Virus record (IMG/VR): IMGVR_UViG_3300042922_000620
Coordinates: 1-63,802 of that record
Source: a virus
Taxonomy: Duplodnaviria; Caudoviricetes
DNA length: 63,802 nucleotides
Strand: one strand, 5' to 3'
Both the position numbers and the translations under genes were made by a program. The stretch's first letter is position 1, and each line of letters begins with the position of its first letter. The notes beneath the pieces are model-generated. The model did no database searches and was not told where the DNA came from. It was given only the letters and a program-made list of their open reading frames with translations. Shown in pieces: positions 47,511 through 59,193 of the stretch.

Positions 47511-47973
47511 CAGGATTCCTCCGCCACGTTCTCGACCTGCTGGCGTAGTGCCGCGACGCGGCGGCGGGCGATGGAGATGCGCGTCGATTGCATCTGTGTC
47601 CGCTCGGCCAGTACGTCCTCGATCTGGGCGAGCGCCGCGAGAACCACCTCGGCGTTGACTGTGCGTGCCATCAGAACTTTCTCCCCGTGTCCGTCTCGCC
47701 GTGAAGCACAACCTCCCCGGTCGAGAAGGTGTAGTGAATGGACCGGATGAGCCCTGAGTACATGAGCACGCGACCTCGCCGGATCTCGACGTAGGAGCGC
47801 ATCGCCTGTACTGCGCTCACCCTGCCGCGCTGCCACCAGCGCACCTTGTGGAAGCGCACGTCGATCCAGCGGTGGTCGCGTACGTCGATGCTGTCGACGT
47901 GGCGGAGGGTGACGGGGAGGCTCGTGGGGTTCACGAGCCTCACCGCCCACCTCGGCTTAGAATGGGGTGTCAT
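47510..47973 (-). CDS. Two hypothetical ORFs (47510-47671, 47671-47973)
   Basis: TGATG-coupled ORFs. Confidence 0.55.
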
Positions 47974-48448
47974 CGCCGTACGCCCCCGGTGCCGCCCAGG
48001 CGTCGCTGTCGCCAGCACCCGGCGTAGCCCACGGTTCGTCACTCACCGTGGTGCGCGGGGCGGATGCCGTGCCCGTGCTGTTGCCGGCGGCACGGATGAC
48101 CTGCGCCGTGGCGTAGCGCAGGCTCGGGCCAATCTCGTCGACCTCGAGTTCGATCGCGGTGCGGTTGTTGCCCTCGCGGTCCTGGTAGGAGCGCTGCTTG
48201 AGGCGGCCGGTCGCGATGACCCGCATGCCCTTAGTCAGCGAACCGGCCACGTGCTCGGCGAACTCGCGCCACACCGAGGCTCGGAGGAACAGCGCTTCGC
48301 CGTCCTTCCACTCGTTGGACTGGCGGTCGAAGTTGCGCGGCGTCGACGCGATCGTGAAGTTCGCGACGGGCAGGCCGTTCTGCGTGTACCGCAGTTCGGG
48401 GTCGGCGGTGAGGTTGCCGACGACGGTGATGAGGGTCTCGCCCGCCAT
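47957..48448 (-). CDS. ssb: Single-stranded DNA-binding protein
   Basis: [22 protein letters not shown]...[10 protein letters not shown]...DDTPF. Confidence 0.97.
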   Translation of the reverse strand: MAGETLITVVGNLTADPELRYTQNGLPVANFTIASTPRNFDRQSNEWKDGEALFLRASVWREFAEHVAGSLTKGMRVIATGRLKQRSYQDREGNNRTAIELEVDEIGPSLRYATAQVIRAAGNSTGTASAPRTTVSDEPWATPGAGDSDAWAAPGAYGDDTPF

Positions 48449-49262
48449 CAGAAGTCCTCCAGGTCCAGGTCGTCGTCCTTGGAGTCCTTGGCCGCCCGCT
48501 GCTTCGCGTCCGTATCGACGTCGACGCCGCGGGCGATCAGGCGGCGTGATGCGATGACCGACGCATCGAGCGGGTAGAGGGTCTCGTGCCGGTTCCCTGC
48601 TGCGCCCTCGCTCCACTTCGGGTGGAGGAACGCGACGCCGTCGAAGATGTACGCCGCGCCGGTTCCGTCATCGAATGTCAGCGCCCACACGTCGCCGGGC
48701 TGCGGCTCTACCACCTCCTGCGGAACGTCGTCGGCCGGTATCCCCTTCGGGACGATGAGCAGCCCGCTGGATCCTGAGTCCTGCACATCGATCTGGTCGA
48801 GGTACTGCTCGGGCACGCGGACGATGGCCGGAGAGTCGACGACCTTGGCGTCGATGACGTCCTGGTCGAACGACTTGCGGTAGATCTCTGCGATCTCCGG
48901 CAGCATCGCTGCGATGTCGCCGCCGGTGGTCTCGCGCAGGTCGACCTCGATGCGCTGCGTGTCACCGGGATCGGTGCCGCCGACGAGCGCTCCGGCGAAC
49001 CCGCCCTTCGGGGGTCCCTGCTTCTCGCTCTCGATACGGATGGTGGCTTCCATGATTCTCCTCAGAGGTTGGCCAGGTTGACGGCTTCGACGAGCCATGC
49101 AACTGCTTCGGGGTCGGGTTCGTGGCGCCCCTCCGGCGCCTTGACGTGGGCTTTGAGCGCGCCGGTGATCGCGTCCTTGGAGACGAGCACGGCGCACATG
49201 CGCTCGTCTTCCGCGCTGGCTTCGTCGAAGACGACGAACTTGGTCTGGCGTGTGGTGGCCAT
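48448..49262 (-). CDS. Two hypothetical ORFs (48448-49053, 49062-49262)
   Basis: RBS-preceded ORFs downstream of promoter 49298-49326. Confidence 0.65.
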
Positions 49263-49297
49263 GGTTCCCTTCGTTGATGACCTGTTCAACGTATTAC

Positions 49298-49326
49298 AGT
49301 CTAGTGCCTCCACAGTCGAGGGTCAA
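49298..49326 (-). promoter_or_regulatory. SigA-type promoter for recombination operon
   Basis: TTGACC-N17-TAGACT. Confidence 0.8.
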
Positions 49327-49335
49327 TGACTGTGC

Positions 49336-50507
49336 TCACGTTCCGTGCACCGTCACCATCGCGCTGCACACCCGGCACTCGATGTCGTCACCGTTGGGTT
49401 CGACGTCGGGCGGTTCGCACTCCTGGACCTCGCCGCACTCGGGGCAGTTCCAGACGTACCAGACGTACGCCTGGGCCTCCGGGTCCTCATCGCTCATCGC
49501 AGGATGCACCCCCGGTGCGGCATCACGTGCCGCTCGCACCTCGCGCAACACCGGCTGTCGTGCTTGGCCAGCGCTTCGGCCACGTCCGGACTGTCGGAGT
49601 CCATGCGCAGCAGCGCCACCACCGTGGCGTGGCGAGTGGGCTGCGCGAGCGCATCGCGGAACTCGTCGAGGATCTTCTGGTCGTGCGGCGAGATCGGCCG
49701 CGGGTCGGTGTCCTCGAAGCGCACGGTCATGAGTAACCACCCTTCTCTCCCTGGACCATCGGAATGCCGGCTGCAACCGATCGCGCCGTGTGGTAGCCGA
49801 GGTTCGGGTCACACGGCTGACCGTGCTTCGCGCCGCACTTCGGGCAATCCACCTTCCCCGGGCAGACGCCTCCGTTTGGGTGCCAGTGTGGCGCAAGGGC
49901 AGCCTCCTCGGGGAACTGGCTGAGGTGACAGGCGCACACGCACATGTCGACGCACGCGACCCGGCGTCGAGCCGCCGACGCCACTCCGCGGTGGGACCGG
50001 CGGGCCATCACAGCACACCCCACAGTTCAAGGATGACCCAGAACAGCAAGATCACGATGGCGACAATGGCGAGCGTGGCACCCACGACCCGAGCCGCCAT
50101 GCCCGGGCCGTCGACCCGCCAGATGATGACGAATATCACGCCGAACACGATGGCGACAAAGGTGGCGAGGGCACCGATCCCGCGCCAGAGTTCCGCGTCC
50201 ATCAGTCAGTCCGCTTCTCGAAGCGAGCACGGCGCATGGCCATTGCTGCAGCCACGGCTCGGTACTCATCCGTCCCTGGCTCGGGGTCCTCGCCCACCCA
50301 GATCGACTCGAGAGCGTAGTTCATGTTCTCGTCCCACATCTCCACCGTGATGCGCGCTCGCACGCTCGGCGTCAGGCCCGGCCAACCGGGGATGACCTCG
50401 CTGTTGCCGTGCATCTCGGCGACCTTCTCGGCGATGATCTTGTTGGGCTGCGGGTAGATGGCGCCGGTCAGGGTGTCGCGCACGGACCACTTGCCGTCGT
50501 CACTCAT
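49336..50507 (-). CDS. Five small ORFs (49336-49497, 49494-49730, 49727-50008, 50008-50202, 50202-50507), three Cys-rich, one membrane
   Basis: Coupled starts/stops; CPEC..CRVC; CARC; CPKCGAKHGQPC. Confidence 0.6.
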
Positions 50508-50899
50508 CAGATCGTCCCTCTCGCTCCAAATTGCGGCAGCACTCGGCGCCCGTCAGGCCTGCCCCACAGGTGCAGCACATGCTCGTTGATGTTGATGTGG
50601 TCGGCCGGCGCGGCGAACACCTGGTAGGCGTAGCCCTCCGGCCACACCGCACGGTGCAGCATCTGCAGTTCGTCGTACGTCGGCATCCGTTCGATGTGCG
50701 AGATCGACGCGTGCCGCCACCACTCCTCGAGCGGGTCGACGTCCGGCGGCAGCGGGGCGTCGGTGATGATGATCCGCTGCTGGTCGTTGTAGTTGTCGAT
50801 CACCCAGCCGGAGGGGCCGTACTCGATCGGTGGCCGCCAGTTGTCGCGGCCGAGCCGCTTCATGATGGCGAGGATGGGGATGGTGTTGGTCGTGGTCAT
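50507..50899 (-). CDS. Conserved phage hypothetical protein
   Basis: RHASISH..MPTYDEL..HININEHVLHLW. Confidence 0.75.
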   Translation of the reverse strand: MTTTNTIPILAIMKRLGRDNWRPPIEYGPSGWVIDNYNDQQRIIITDAPLPPDVDPLEEWWRHASISHIERMPTYDELQMLHRAVWPEGYAYQVFAAPADHININEHVLHLWGRPDGRRVLPQFGARGTI

Positions 50900-51521
50900 G
50901 CGATGGCTCCTGCGTTGATAGCGGTGAAGAAGATGCCGAGGGCGGTAGCGATGGTGGTCAGCAAACCGGCGACGAATCCGACGGTGATCCACGTCCAGAT
51001 CTCGCCCCGGTTTATCCGACGCCACGTGGGGTTGGAGTCGGTGCCCGTCATCCGGAACTCGGGCGGCAGGCTGGCGATGGGTAGGTGGATGCCGCCGGAG
51101 TAGTCCGCGAGCATGTCGGCCGCTCGCTTGTCGGCCTTCCCATACAGGTCGAGGATCTCGCGGTCGACGATGATGATCGGGATCCCGCTGGACTCGTAGT
51201 ACGGGTCGCGCCAGGCTTCGTCGCCGAGACCATCAGCCTCAAGCCGGCGGATGATGTACTGGCGTTCGCTCGTGGTGAGCGGGGCAGTCTGCTTCATGCT
51301 GCTGTTCCCTTCATGAGCGGCCGATGCACGCCCGGGATGGGGCGGCGTCGGCCGTCGTGGATCTTGCGGAGGAGGCGCTCGGTCTCCTGGTCGTAGCGGC
51401 GCTCAGCCTGCAGCGTCTGATCGGCGCGCCGCGGCAGTCCCTCGACCATGACGCGCAGGCGCTGGGGCTTGCGGCTGCAGCGGGCGAGGAAGTCGGCGAA
51501 CCATTCGTCGGCCAGGCTCAT
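50896..51521 (-). CDS. Two hypothetical ORFs (50896-51297 with C-terminal TM, 51294-51521)
   Basis: ATGA-coupled. Confidence 0.6.
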
Positions 51522-52162
51522 GATGAGCCGAGCCCGAGATCGTCGATGTACTTCTGGACCTCGAGTGGTGACCTCGCGATCGCGGTCTGGACGTAGCGCA
51601 TCGGCGCCTGCGGGCGTGCCTTCGCTTTGTCGAGGATCCACAGCGCGACATTGAGACGTTCCTCAAGGCTGAGGAACCGGCGGCACCACGCCTCGATCGA
51701 GTCGCCGAGGTTATACAGATCCATCTCTGACAGACCCGCCCGGCTGGCGACACCCCTCATCGTCGGCGACAACACTGAGTCAGTCCTGTCGCTCGCCGCT
51801 ATGGGACTGGACTGACTCGGAATGTCTTGGTCAAGTCCTTCTATTGAGGGTTCTTGGGGCGGAAGCAATTTGCCGGGGGCCCCGGAAGTATATTCCGCCC
51901 CCACTGCGAGCGTGTATACGTTCGACGTCTGGCTCCCGTTCGGCCGTAGCCGCACCTGGGTGTGCACAAGTCCGGCGTCCTCGAGACCGCGGATGATGGT
52001 GCGCACGCTGCGCGCGGTGAGCGAGGACTTATCGGCGAGAGTCTCCATCGACGGCCAGCACTCGTGCCGCTCCCCGGCGAAGTCGGCGAGCGCGAGCAGG
52101 ACGATCTTCTCGGCGGGACGCAGGTGCTGCTTGAACGCCCACGTCATGGCTTCGAGGCTCAT
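51518..52162 (-). CDS. RepA-like HTH replication initiator
   Basis: MSLEAMTWA..EKIVLLALAD..CWPSMETLA..RSVRTIIRGLEDAGLV..QTSNVY. Confidence 0.8.
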   Translation of the reverse strand: MSLEAMTWAFKQHLRPAEKIVLLALADFAGERHECWPSMETLADKSSLTARSVRTIIRGLEDAGLVHTQVRLRPNGSQTSNVYTLAVGAEYTSGAPGKLLPPQEPSIEGLDQDIPSQSSPIAASDRTDSVLSPTMRGVASRAGLSEMDLYNLGDSIEAWCRRFLSLEERLNVALWILDKAKARPQAPMRYVQTAIARSPLEVQKYIDDLGLGSS

Positions 52163-52791
52163 AGCGTGCCGCCGCGGATGCCGCGGGCCGACAGGATGTG
52201 GTAGTGCACGCCAGGCTTGAGGCCCGTGATCTCGACCGGCTCACCCGAGGAGTGGATCTCCATCAGGACCGGCACGGCATCCGGATCGCCGGGGTCGATA
52301 CCCAATATGCAGGGCACGCGCGGCTCGTTGCCACCAAATGTTGTGGTCATGTGTACTCCCAAGGGTTGCGGGGAACGCCGCACCCAGGGATACTGGTCAC
52401 GGCGACTGGCATCGTTCAGCGTAGGCCCCCGAGTTGGATCTGTCTAGGATCCCCGGGGGCCTCGCTTTGTCCCAAGATTGGGACGGGCTCACACCTCGGT
52501 GATGATGCCGCGCGGCTCGATGTCCGGCAGGTGCATCACCATGTCGACCACCTTGAGGCGCGAGGCCAGAGCAGCGGACTCCGCGGTGTGAGCCGGGTCC
52601 GCCCAGGGGTTGACGCGAACCTCCTGCTGCACCAGGTCGGTGCGCGTCAGCGCCTCGGCGGCGGCGACGATGAGCCCCACCACCGTGTCGGTGTCCAGCC
52701 CGTCGGCGTGCACCGACAGGTTCGCACCATCCAGGCTCTCGACGAAGCCGGCGTCGGAGGGCACCTCGATGGTGAGGGTGATCGTCTTCAC
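52159..52791 (-). CDS. Two hypothetical ORFs (52159-52350, 52489-52791)
   Basis: ORFs separated by an intergenic gap containing palindrome 52469. Confidence 0.55.
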
Positions 52792-53105
52792 GCGTCATCC
52801 CCCATCGCTGCCTCGATGGCCGAGGCGATCGTCACGCCCTGAGTGCGCACGCGCTTGGCGAACCGAGCGTAGGCGTCGATGTTCACCCAGACGGTGACGC
52901 GCTTAGTGGTGCGCTCTCGAGCGGGAGGCGTGGTGCCGGAGGCATACGCCTCCATGTACTCGCGCACCAACTCCGACACGCTCATGCCATTGGCATCGGC
53001 GTGCGCCTTGATCCGCTCGTGGACCGACTCCGGCAGGTATATCGACTTGATCCGCTCGTCTGCCGTGGAGTCCTTCTTCTTCGGCCGTGCTCGAGTAGCC
53101 GTCAT
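52788..53105 (-). CDS. Tandem ribbon-helix-helix protein
   Basis: KSIYLPESVHERIKAHADANGMSVSELVREYM and RVTVWVNIDAYARF..QGVTIASAI. Confidence 0.8.
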   Translation of the reverse strand: MTATRARPKKKDSTADERIKSIYLPESVHERIKAHADANGMSVSELVREYMEAYASGTTPPARERTTKRVTVWVNIDAYARFAKRVRTQGVTIASAIEAAMGDDA

Positions 53106-54065
53106 GCAGCGACCTCGCTCTCTTTGTTCGTGATGTGGATGCCGACGAAGTCGTCGACGCGGGACACCCGCTCGAGCACCGTCTCTGCTGCGAGGATCAG
53201 CGCTGACTCGTCGGCCGTGGTGTCCTCGTATCCGAGCAGCCTGGTCCACGAGTTGATGATGCGCTTGCTCGAGGTGTTCGTGCGCTGGCGCAACTCGATG
53301 CGCACGGGCGTGGTCTTCTTGGTGGGCTGGTGCTTGATCTCCCAGAACCGCAGGGGTCCAGCGTCGGGGAGTTTCAGGTCAGTCAAGGTTGTTCCCTTCT
53401 TGGACCCAGCGCACGAAACAGTCGAACCGCTTCACGCCCAGGTCGTCGATCGCTTCGGCCCCACGAGCGAACTCGTAGTGGCCATCCTTCGTTGATCGCA
53501 GCGCACGCACGCGCCGCCGCATGTGGTGGAGGGTGTCGAGGGTGATAGCCACGAGGTCAGGGTGCAGGCGCCAGACACCGCCCGCACCCTGTGCCATCGT
53601 TGCGATCTCCTCCCAGCGGTAGCGCCGGCGCGCACTCATCCCCGCCACCCGAGGGCGCGGGCACGGGCCGCGGCCTCTTGTCGCTGCTCGCCGATGTCGT
53701 ACGCGCGCTGGAGCGCGTCTGATTCGAGCCGCTCGAGCCGGTAGTACTCAGCAATAGCCTCGTCCATGGTGATGGGTTCACCGCGCTTGAGGCGTTCCCA
53801 GGTGGAGGACCAGTGCTGGATCTCACCGGGCTCGATCTGGCCCAGGTCGAGGGCGTCGTCAGGACTTGGCTGCGTCATCCTCGTCGTCACCCTTCGGTGC
53901 CGCCGCCGCCTTCGCCTCAGCGATCTTCTTCTCGACGCGGGTGAGCGCATCGTTCTTGCGGCCGAGCGTGTCCTGCGCGCTCGCCTGCGCCGAGCGCAGC
54001 GCCTCGCTGACGTGCGCCTCTTCCGTTGCGGAGAGCGTGATCTGCAGGCCGGTGGTCTTCGCCAT
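53102..54065 (-). CDS. Four small hypothetical ORFs (53102-53386, 53379-53639, 53636-53878, 53859-54065)
   Basis: Overlapping leftward ORFs with RBSs. Confidence 0.6.
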
Positions 54066-54177
54066 GATGTGTCCTTTCAGAGACGGTCGTCGTCCTCGTC
54101 CACGTCTACCCAGCCGGGCAGACCATGGGGCGAGGCATGTGTTGAAGTATGCCCTAGGTGCTCGGGCCCAGCAACAC

Positions 54178-54636
54178 TCACGGGTTCGTGCACTTCGTGT
54201 AGTCCGCGTCGATCGCCAGCGTGCGCGCGGTCAGCGACTCGGTCGCCGCCGTCACACCCTGCACGATGGCCGTGGCGCGCTCGATCTCCGACACGTCGAA
54301 CGTCGAGAACGCGTCGACCAGGATCATCGTCGCCTCGTTCTGCGGGATGGCCACCTCGTGGGTCATCTCGTTGAGCATGTCCATGAGTTCGTAGGCCACC
54401 TCCTTGCACGTGGTGTCGGCGGGACCGGGCACCTCGACGGTGACCGTCTGCGCGGGTGCCGGCTGAGCGGCGCCAGGCGGCACGCTCGTGGCCGAACTGC
54501 CGAGCATGGCGCCGAGGACCAGTCCGGCCACGGCCACGGCCGCATACGGCCACGCACGGCGGAGGAATCCTCGCTTCTTCTCGGGCTCTGCCAGGTTGGT
54601 GCCCGTCAGGGGTGGGTCGAACAGGGGCTTGCTCAT
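54178..54636 (-). CDS. Membrane-anchored exported protein
   Basis: Basic patch, TM helix, PAPAQTVTVE linker, Cys pair. Confidence 0.7.
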   Translation of the reverse strand: MSKPLFDPPLTGTNLAEPEKKRGFLRRAWPYAAVAVAGLVLGAMLGSSATSVPPGAAQPAPAQTVTVEVPGPADTTCKEVAYELMDMLNEMTHEVAIPQNEATMILVDAFSTFDVSEIERATAIVQGVTAATESLTARTLAIDADYTKCTNP

Positions 54637-56515
54637 TGCTGATCTCCTTCGGTTACTGTCCCAAGGTTGGGACGGGGGTCGTACTTCTCCCACACCCAGT
54701 CGCGTGTGGTGATGCTGCCGTCGTTCAGTCCGGCCTCGGCGTACTCGAGGCGGCGCTTGAGTTCGAGGGGATCCTCGTACCCATGGAAGACAGCGATCTC
54801 GTTCTTCTTGGTGTCGAGGATGCCGATGTCGCGACCAAAGTCAGCGATGGTGAAGCGCGCCTCAGTCATCGATCCACTCCGGCCGGGGAAGCGGGCCCTC
54901 CACATTCGGGAGCAACTGGTAGCGGCGCACCGGGAGGTAGGAGTAGTCCTCCACCCACCCCATGCACCACTCCGACATGCACCCACAACGCAGGACCCGG
55001 TTACCCTCGCGTGTCGCTCGTCGCTCGGTGAACTCCTCGAGAGTGAGGCGGTTCATCCCGATCTCCGCTCGTCGTGGGCACACGATCCGCACACCCACCG
55101 CTGCTTCTTCTTCGTCTGGTAGGCGTGCATGTCGTCGGTCATGATGTCCTCGTCGCACCGCGAGCAGCGCGCCGTCTCCTCGCACGACAGGCACTCGTCC
55201 TGCGAGTTCAGGATGGAGACTTCATCACCGCACCTTGAGCACTCACGCTTATCCGACTCGTCGCCGCCCACCCAGTCCGCGACCTCCTGCTCGGTGAGCG
55301 GATCGGTGAACATGTCGTAGGTGTGGTCGTCATGCATCCGGTCGCGGCCCACCTCGTTGCCAGCCGCGTCGTAGTACACGACCTCGGTGTACTGCATGGT
55401 GTGCGTGACCTTGTACGGTGCGTCAGCCATGATGACTCCGTTCTGTCCCAATCCTGGGACGGTCAGTTGATCTCGACGATCGGGTCCTCGACGTTGTCCA
55501 TGGCGTTGACCTGGACAACGTCGATCTGGCTGTGCCCGTCGATGTGCACAGTGAGCACGCCGTCGACCCGGCTCACCCACACGGTGACGTCCGTCGCGTT
55601 CTCGTCGTTGTTGAAGTCGACCCGCCCGTAGCGGTCAGGGTCGTGCTCCTCGGGCCGGCGACGGTCGGGCAGTACCCACACCGCGGGCTCGAGCCGCTCG
55701 CCCGTGTCGTATGGGGTGAGCGGCGGCCACTGCTCCGTCTCGAGGACGGGCGTGCCGTCCGCGTGGCGGATGATCTCCACCCTGTAGCCATCGTCGACGA
55801 TCGAGACAGCCATCTCTCCGACGACGTGCGACGAGCGGAAGTACGCGCTCTTGCTGTTGATCTTCGTGAGCACGAGGTTCGGCAGCGTGTTCGTCAGGCC
55901 GCCCTGCGTGGTGACTCGGATGCGCGGCCGCTTGCCGGCGGGGTATCTGGTCTCAGTCATTTCTTGTCCTCGATGTGTTTGGCGGACCGGACGTCGACGC
56001 GGCGGGCGACTTCCCACAGCGCCCAGGTGTCGATGTGTGGGCCGAACGGACGGCGACCGCGGAGCGTGAATGTCTCACGCGCCTCGTGCTCCCAGTACCC
56101 CTTGTACAGGCCGAAGATCATCTGGATGATCTCACTGTCGGTGGCGTGCTCAGACGGGTACGCCTTGCCGCCGTACCCATAGCCGAACTCGCCAGTGATG
56201 ACGTCCTGCCGCCAGCACTGGATCTGCACGAAGACGCGGCCCTCGGCGGAGTCCCGGCCGATGCGAACGTCGCAGCGCATGCCCAGTTCGATCTCGCCGA
56301 CGATCCCTTCGAGCCGGTCGATCAGTGTCGTGTCAGCCATTGCTCGGTGCCTCCGTGTACGTGTAGTTCTCTGCCGGGAGCCACGTCGTGATGTACCCCA
56401 GGATGTCGAGGCGGATCTGCGTCCCGTCCTCGCTCACCTCGGCGACGCGGCGCGGGTCGAGCCCGCCCTTGTGCCATGCGATCCGGTCCACGACCGGCTT
56501 CTTCTTGTGCTTCAC
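54633..56515 (-). CDS. Six small hypothetical ORFs (54633-54869, 54862-55056, 55053-55430, 55463-55960, 55957-56340, 56333-56515)
   Basis: Coupled leftward ORFs; 55053-55430 has several CxxC pairs. Confidence 0.6.
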
Positions 56516-57123
56516 GCCCACTGGTCTGCCCCCTCGAGCATCGTCTGTCCGTTGTAGTCGTTGACTCCCGGACGCCACCAACGCTGACGCCACGTGAGCC
56601 AGGTGATCGCCTGGAAATCGTGCACCGATTCGCCGACGATCTTCGCGCCGCGCGCCATGAGGACGGCGGCCTCTCGGTACTGCTTGTTGGTCGGCGGCGG
56701 CACGTCACGGCTGCCGGTCAGCATGGACCAGGCGTGCACGTCGATCACTGCAGGCCCGTCACCCTCGCCGCCCGTGAGGATGGCGTCGTAGAACGCGCGG
56801 GTCTTCGGTCCCTTCATTACAGCCAGCGGGTCCTCGCCGGCATAGATCCGGCGAGCCTGCGCGAGCGAGCGACCGAGGCACCCCTGGTCGAGTGTGCCCT
56901 TCGATGCGAGCATGCGCTCGGCGAACATGACGTTGGAGCCCCACCCCATGCGAGGCGAGAGCGCAGCCAGGATGCCGGACGCCTGCTCGATCGACACGCC
57001 GTACTCGACGACGTGGTTCAGTGCGATCGCGTTGGCGTCCCGATACCAGGCGCGGCCCCGCTCGATGTGAGTCGGGGCCGCGCGCCGGTACTCGGCGGTG
57101 GCTCTGCGAGTGAGCGGGGTCAT
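56512..57123 (-). CDS. Conserved early phage protein (DUF7178-like, possible glycosylase-like fold)
   Basis: GRAWY, GILAALSP, GPKTRAFY, VIDVHA, QAITW. Confidence 0.65.
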   Translation of the reverse strand: MTPLTRRATAEYRRAAPTHIERGRAWYRDANAIALNHVVEYGVSIEQASGILAALSPRMGWGSNVMFAERMLASKGTLDQGCLGRSLAQARRIYAGEDPLAVMKGPKTRAFYDAILTGGEGDGPAVIDVHAWSMLTGSRDVPPPTNKQYREAAVLMARGAKIVGESVHDFQAITWLTWRQRWWRPGVNDYNGQTMLEGADQWA

Positions 57124-57972
57124 TGGTCATCCTCCACGCCGATGATGTTCGGCTCGGCGTGCTCAGAGAACACCTCGGGTCCGTCCTCGTAGTCCTCCTC
57201 GACCTCCGTCAGGCGCCCGGCCTCATCCATTGAGGACAGCAGGGCGTAGACCTCGGGTTGCCAGTCGTTCTGTTCGGCATCCCGAAGCAGGAGGATCTCG
57301 TCGGGGGTTGCGTCCTTGATCTCGAACGTGACGTATCGGCGGACGTTGTGTCCTATCTGCACGGTCACCACAGCCACAGCCCTGCCTTCCTTGAGATCTC
57401 GTCGATGGTCTTCCAGCCCCACTCCGTGTAGGTGTCGCGGTCGTAGGCGCGGCTGTTCTTGCCGTGCGCGATCTTCGCTGCGCGCTCGGTGCGGTGGAAG
57501 CGGTAGTGCCAGACATCCTCACCCTTGACGCGTCGCCAGGAGACAGCGACGGCGTCGTGCCAGATCTCCTGCGGCGCGACTCGTACGCGGTCGGTGGCGA
57601 TGACGGGCGACGCAGTCATCAGAGCACCGGCCCGAGGATCGCGTCCTTCGTGGTGGTGGGCACACCCTGCCGCGTGAGGAACGACTTGATCGGCGTGATC
57701 GCGGCGGCAAGTTCGCCCCGCGTGACGCCCCGGTCGGCGTCGATCCCGCCGCTGCGGTAGCGACGCTCGCGCTCCTGCAGCAGCGTCATGAGTTTGGCCG
57801 CGGCCCGCGCCGGCTTCGGCCAATAGGCCCAGCCATCCGAGTTGCGGTCGGCCCACTCGGCGAGGTTGCGCAGCACGAGCGCGCCATTCAGGGCAAGGAT
57901 GTCCTCGGTGTGGATGGTCGCCGAGTGCAACCGGATCGCCTGCTCGATCTCGTAGTCGTTCATGAACAGCAT
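57120..57972 (-). CDS. Three hypothetical ORFs (57120-57377, 57365-57619, 57619-57972)
   Basis: Coupled ORFs; NSDGWAYWPKP motif in the last. Confidence 0.6.
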
Positions 57973-58007
57973 GATGTTCCCTTCGTCCCAAGGTTGGGAT
58001 GGTCAGC

Positions 58008-58059
58008 GGGTGGGGGTGGTCGCCGTGGCTAGCAGGTCCGGCGATACTCACCCCCACCC
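58008..58059. terminator. Long intergenic hairpin (terminator or processing site)
   Basis: GGGTGGGGGTG-GTCGCCG...CGGCGAT-ACT-CACCCCCACCC. Confidence 0.55.
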
Positions 58060-58071
58060 AGTTCGGATAGA

Positions 58072-59094
58072 TCAGACGGACGCCAGCAGGCGCAGCACGT
58101 TGCCGTCGAACTGCTCGCGGTCCCCGTTCAGGGAACGCAGCGCGTTGCGCTCGGCGCGCTTGGCGACGTTCCCCTTCTGCGCGAAGATGTGGTGGTCCGC
58201 CGTGTTGAACGCGGCCAGCACACCCCACGCGGAGTTCTTCCACGGTGCGACGCGCTCGTCCTTCTTCCACAGATCGAGCAGCGCCGTCTCCTTGTTCTCC
58301 GCGATGGTCTTCGAGCGTCCCTCGGGCGCCTTGTCCACGCCGGTGTACGACTTCACCACCTCGCTGAACTTCTGGTCCGAGACGTACTGGGCCGTCAGTT
58401 CCTGGACCATCCGGTCGAACTCGTCGCCGGCGGCCTCGACCTCGAGCGCCAGGCTGCGGCGCACCTCGCCGATGCGGGCCAGCGAGTTGGACGAGTGGCG
58501 CACCTTGTGCTTGAGCGCGTCGGTTTCCCGCATGGCGTAGGCCAGCGTGTTGTCGCACACCCAGATGCGGGTGCCTCGCATGTAGACCGTGGCCATCGAC
58601 CCGTCGCTGGACGTGGCGGCAGTCACGTGCGGCCGGTGCTTGACCGGCTCGGCGCCGCGGCTGCCGCTCGCCTCACGCGTCTCCGGCATCTCGACCTGGA
58701 CCGCGGCGATCGCCCCACCCTTGAGCAGGATCGCCGAGCCGAACTGCAGCCCGCCGTCGAGGATGAGGTCGAGGTTCTGGCGCAGCCACTCGTCGTACTG
58801 GTGGATCTGGTAGCCGCCCTTGAAGTAGTTGAAGACCTGGCCGGTGTCGGTGCGGACGATGGCCTTGCGGGTGGGGTCCTCGATCTGACGCGGCGCCCCG
58901 TTCTCGTCGTAGATCGTGACGGTCACGACGCCCTCGGTCAGCGGCACGTCGAGCAGTGACATGACCCGCTCGACCGGGATCGCTCCCTCGAAGTGGTTGT
59001 CGTAGCCTTCGAGGTAGTGCCACGCGTTGCCGCGGTTCTCGGTGAAGCCGATGAGCGAGTTCTGGTTGAGCCATTCGAGTGTCTCAGCGGACAT
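58072..59094 (-). CDS. DUF932/TIGR03299-family phage-plasmid protein
   Basis: NAWH, AIVRTDTG, YQIHQ, TSSDGS, RIWVCDNT, KVRHSSNS, SAWGVLAA. Confidence 0.85.
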   Translation of the reverse strand: MSAETLEWLNQNSLIGFTENRGNAWHYLEGYDNHFEGAIPVERVMSLLDVPLTEGVVTVTIYDENGAPRQIEDPTRKAIVRTDTGQVFNYFKGGYQIHQYDEWLRQNLDLILDGGLQFGSAILLKGGAIAAVQVEMPETREASGSRGAEPVKHRPHVTAATSSDGSMATVYMRGTRIWVCDNTLAYAMRETDALKHKVRHSSNSLARIGEVRRSLALEVEAAGDEFDRMVQELTAQYVSDQKFSEVVKSYTGVDKAPEGRSKTIAENKETALLDLWKKDERVAPWKNSAWGVLAAFNTADHHIFAQKGNVAKRAERNALRSLNGDREQFDGNVLRLLASV

Positions 59095-59164
59095 GATGTT
59101 CCCTTCTTCTGTCCCAAGGTTGGGACGGTGAGTGAGGCGTTCGCCTCCTTGATTGCTAGGTAAG

Positions 59165-59193
59165 ACTATAACCTAGGTCGAGCCGAGGGTCAA
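59165..59193 (-). promoter_or_regulatory. SigA-type promoter
   Basis: TTGACC-N17-TATAGT upstream of palindrome 59111 and DUF932. Confidence 0.85.
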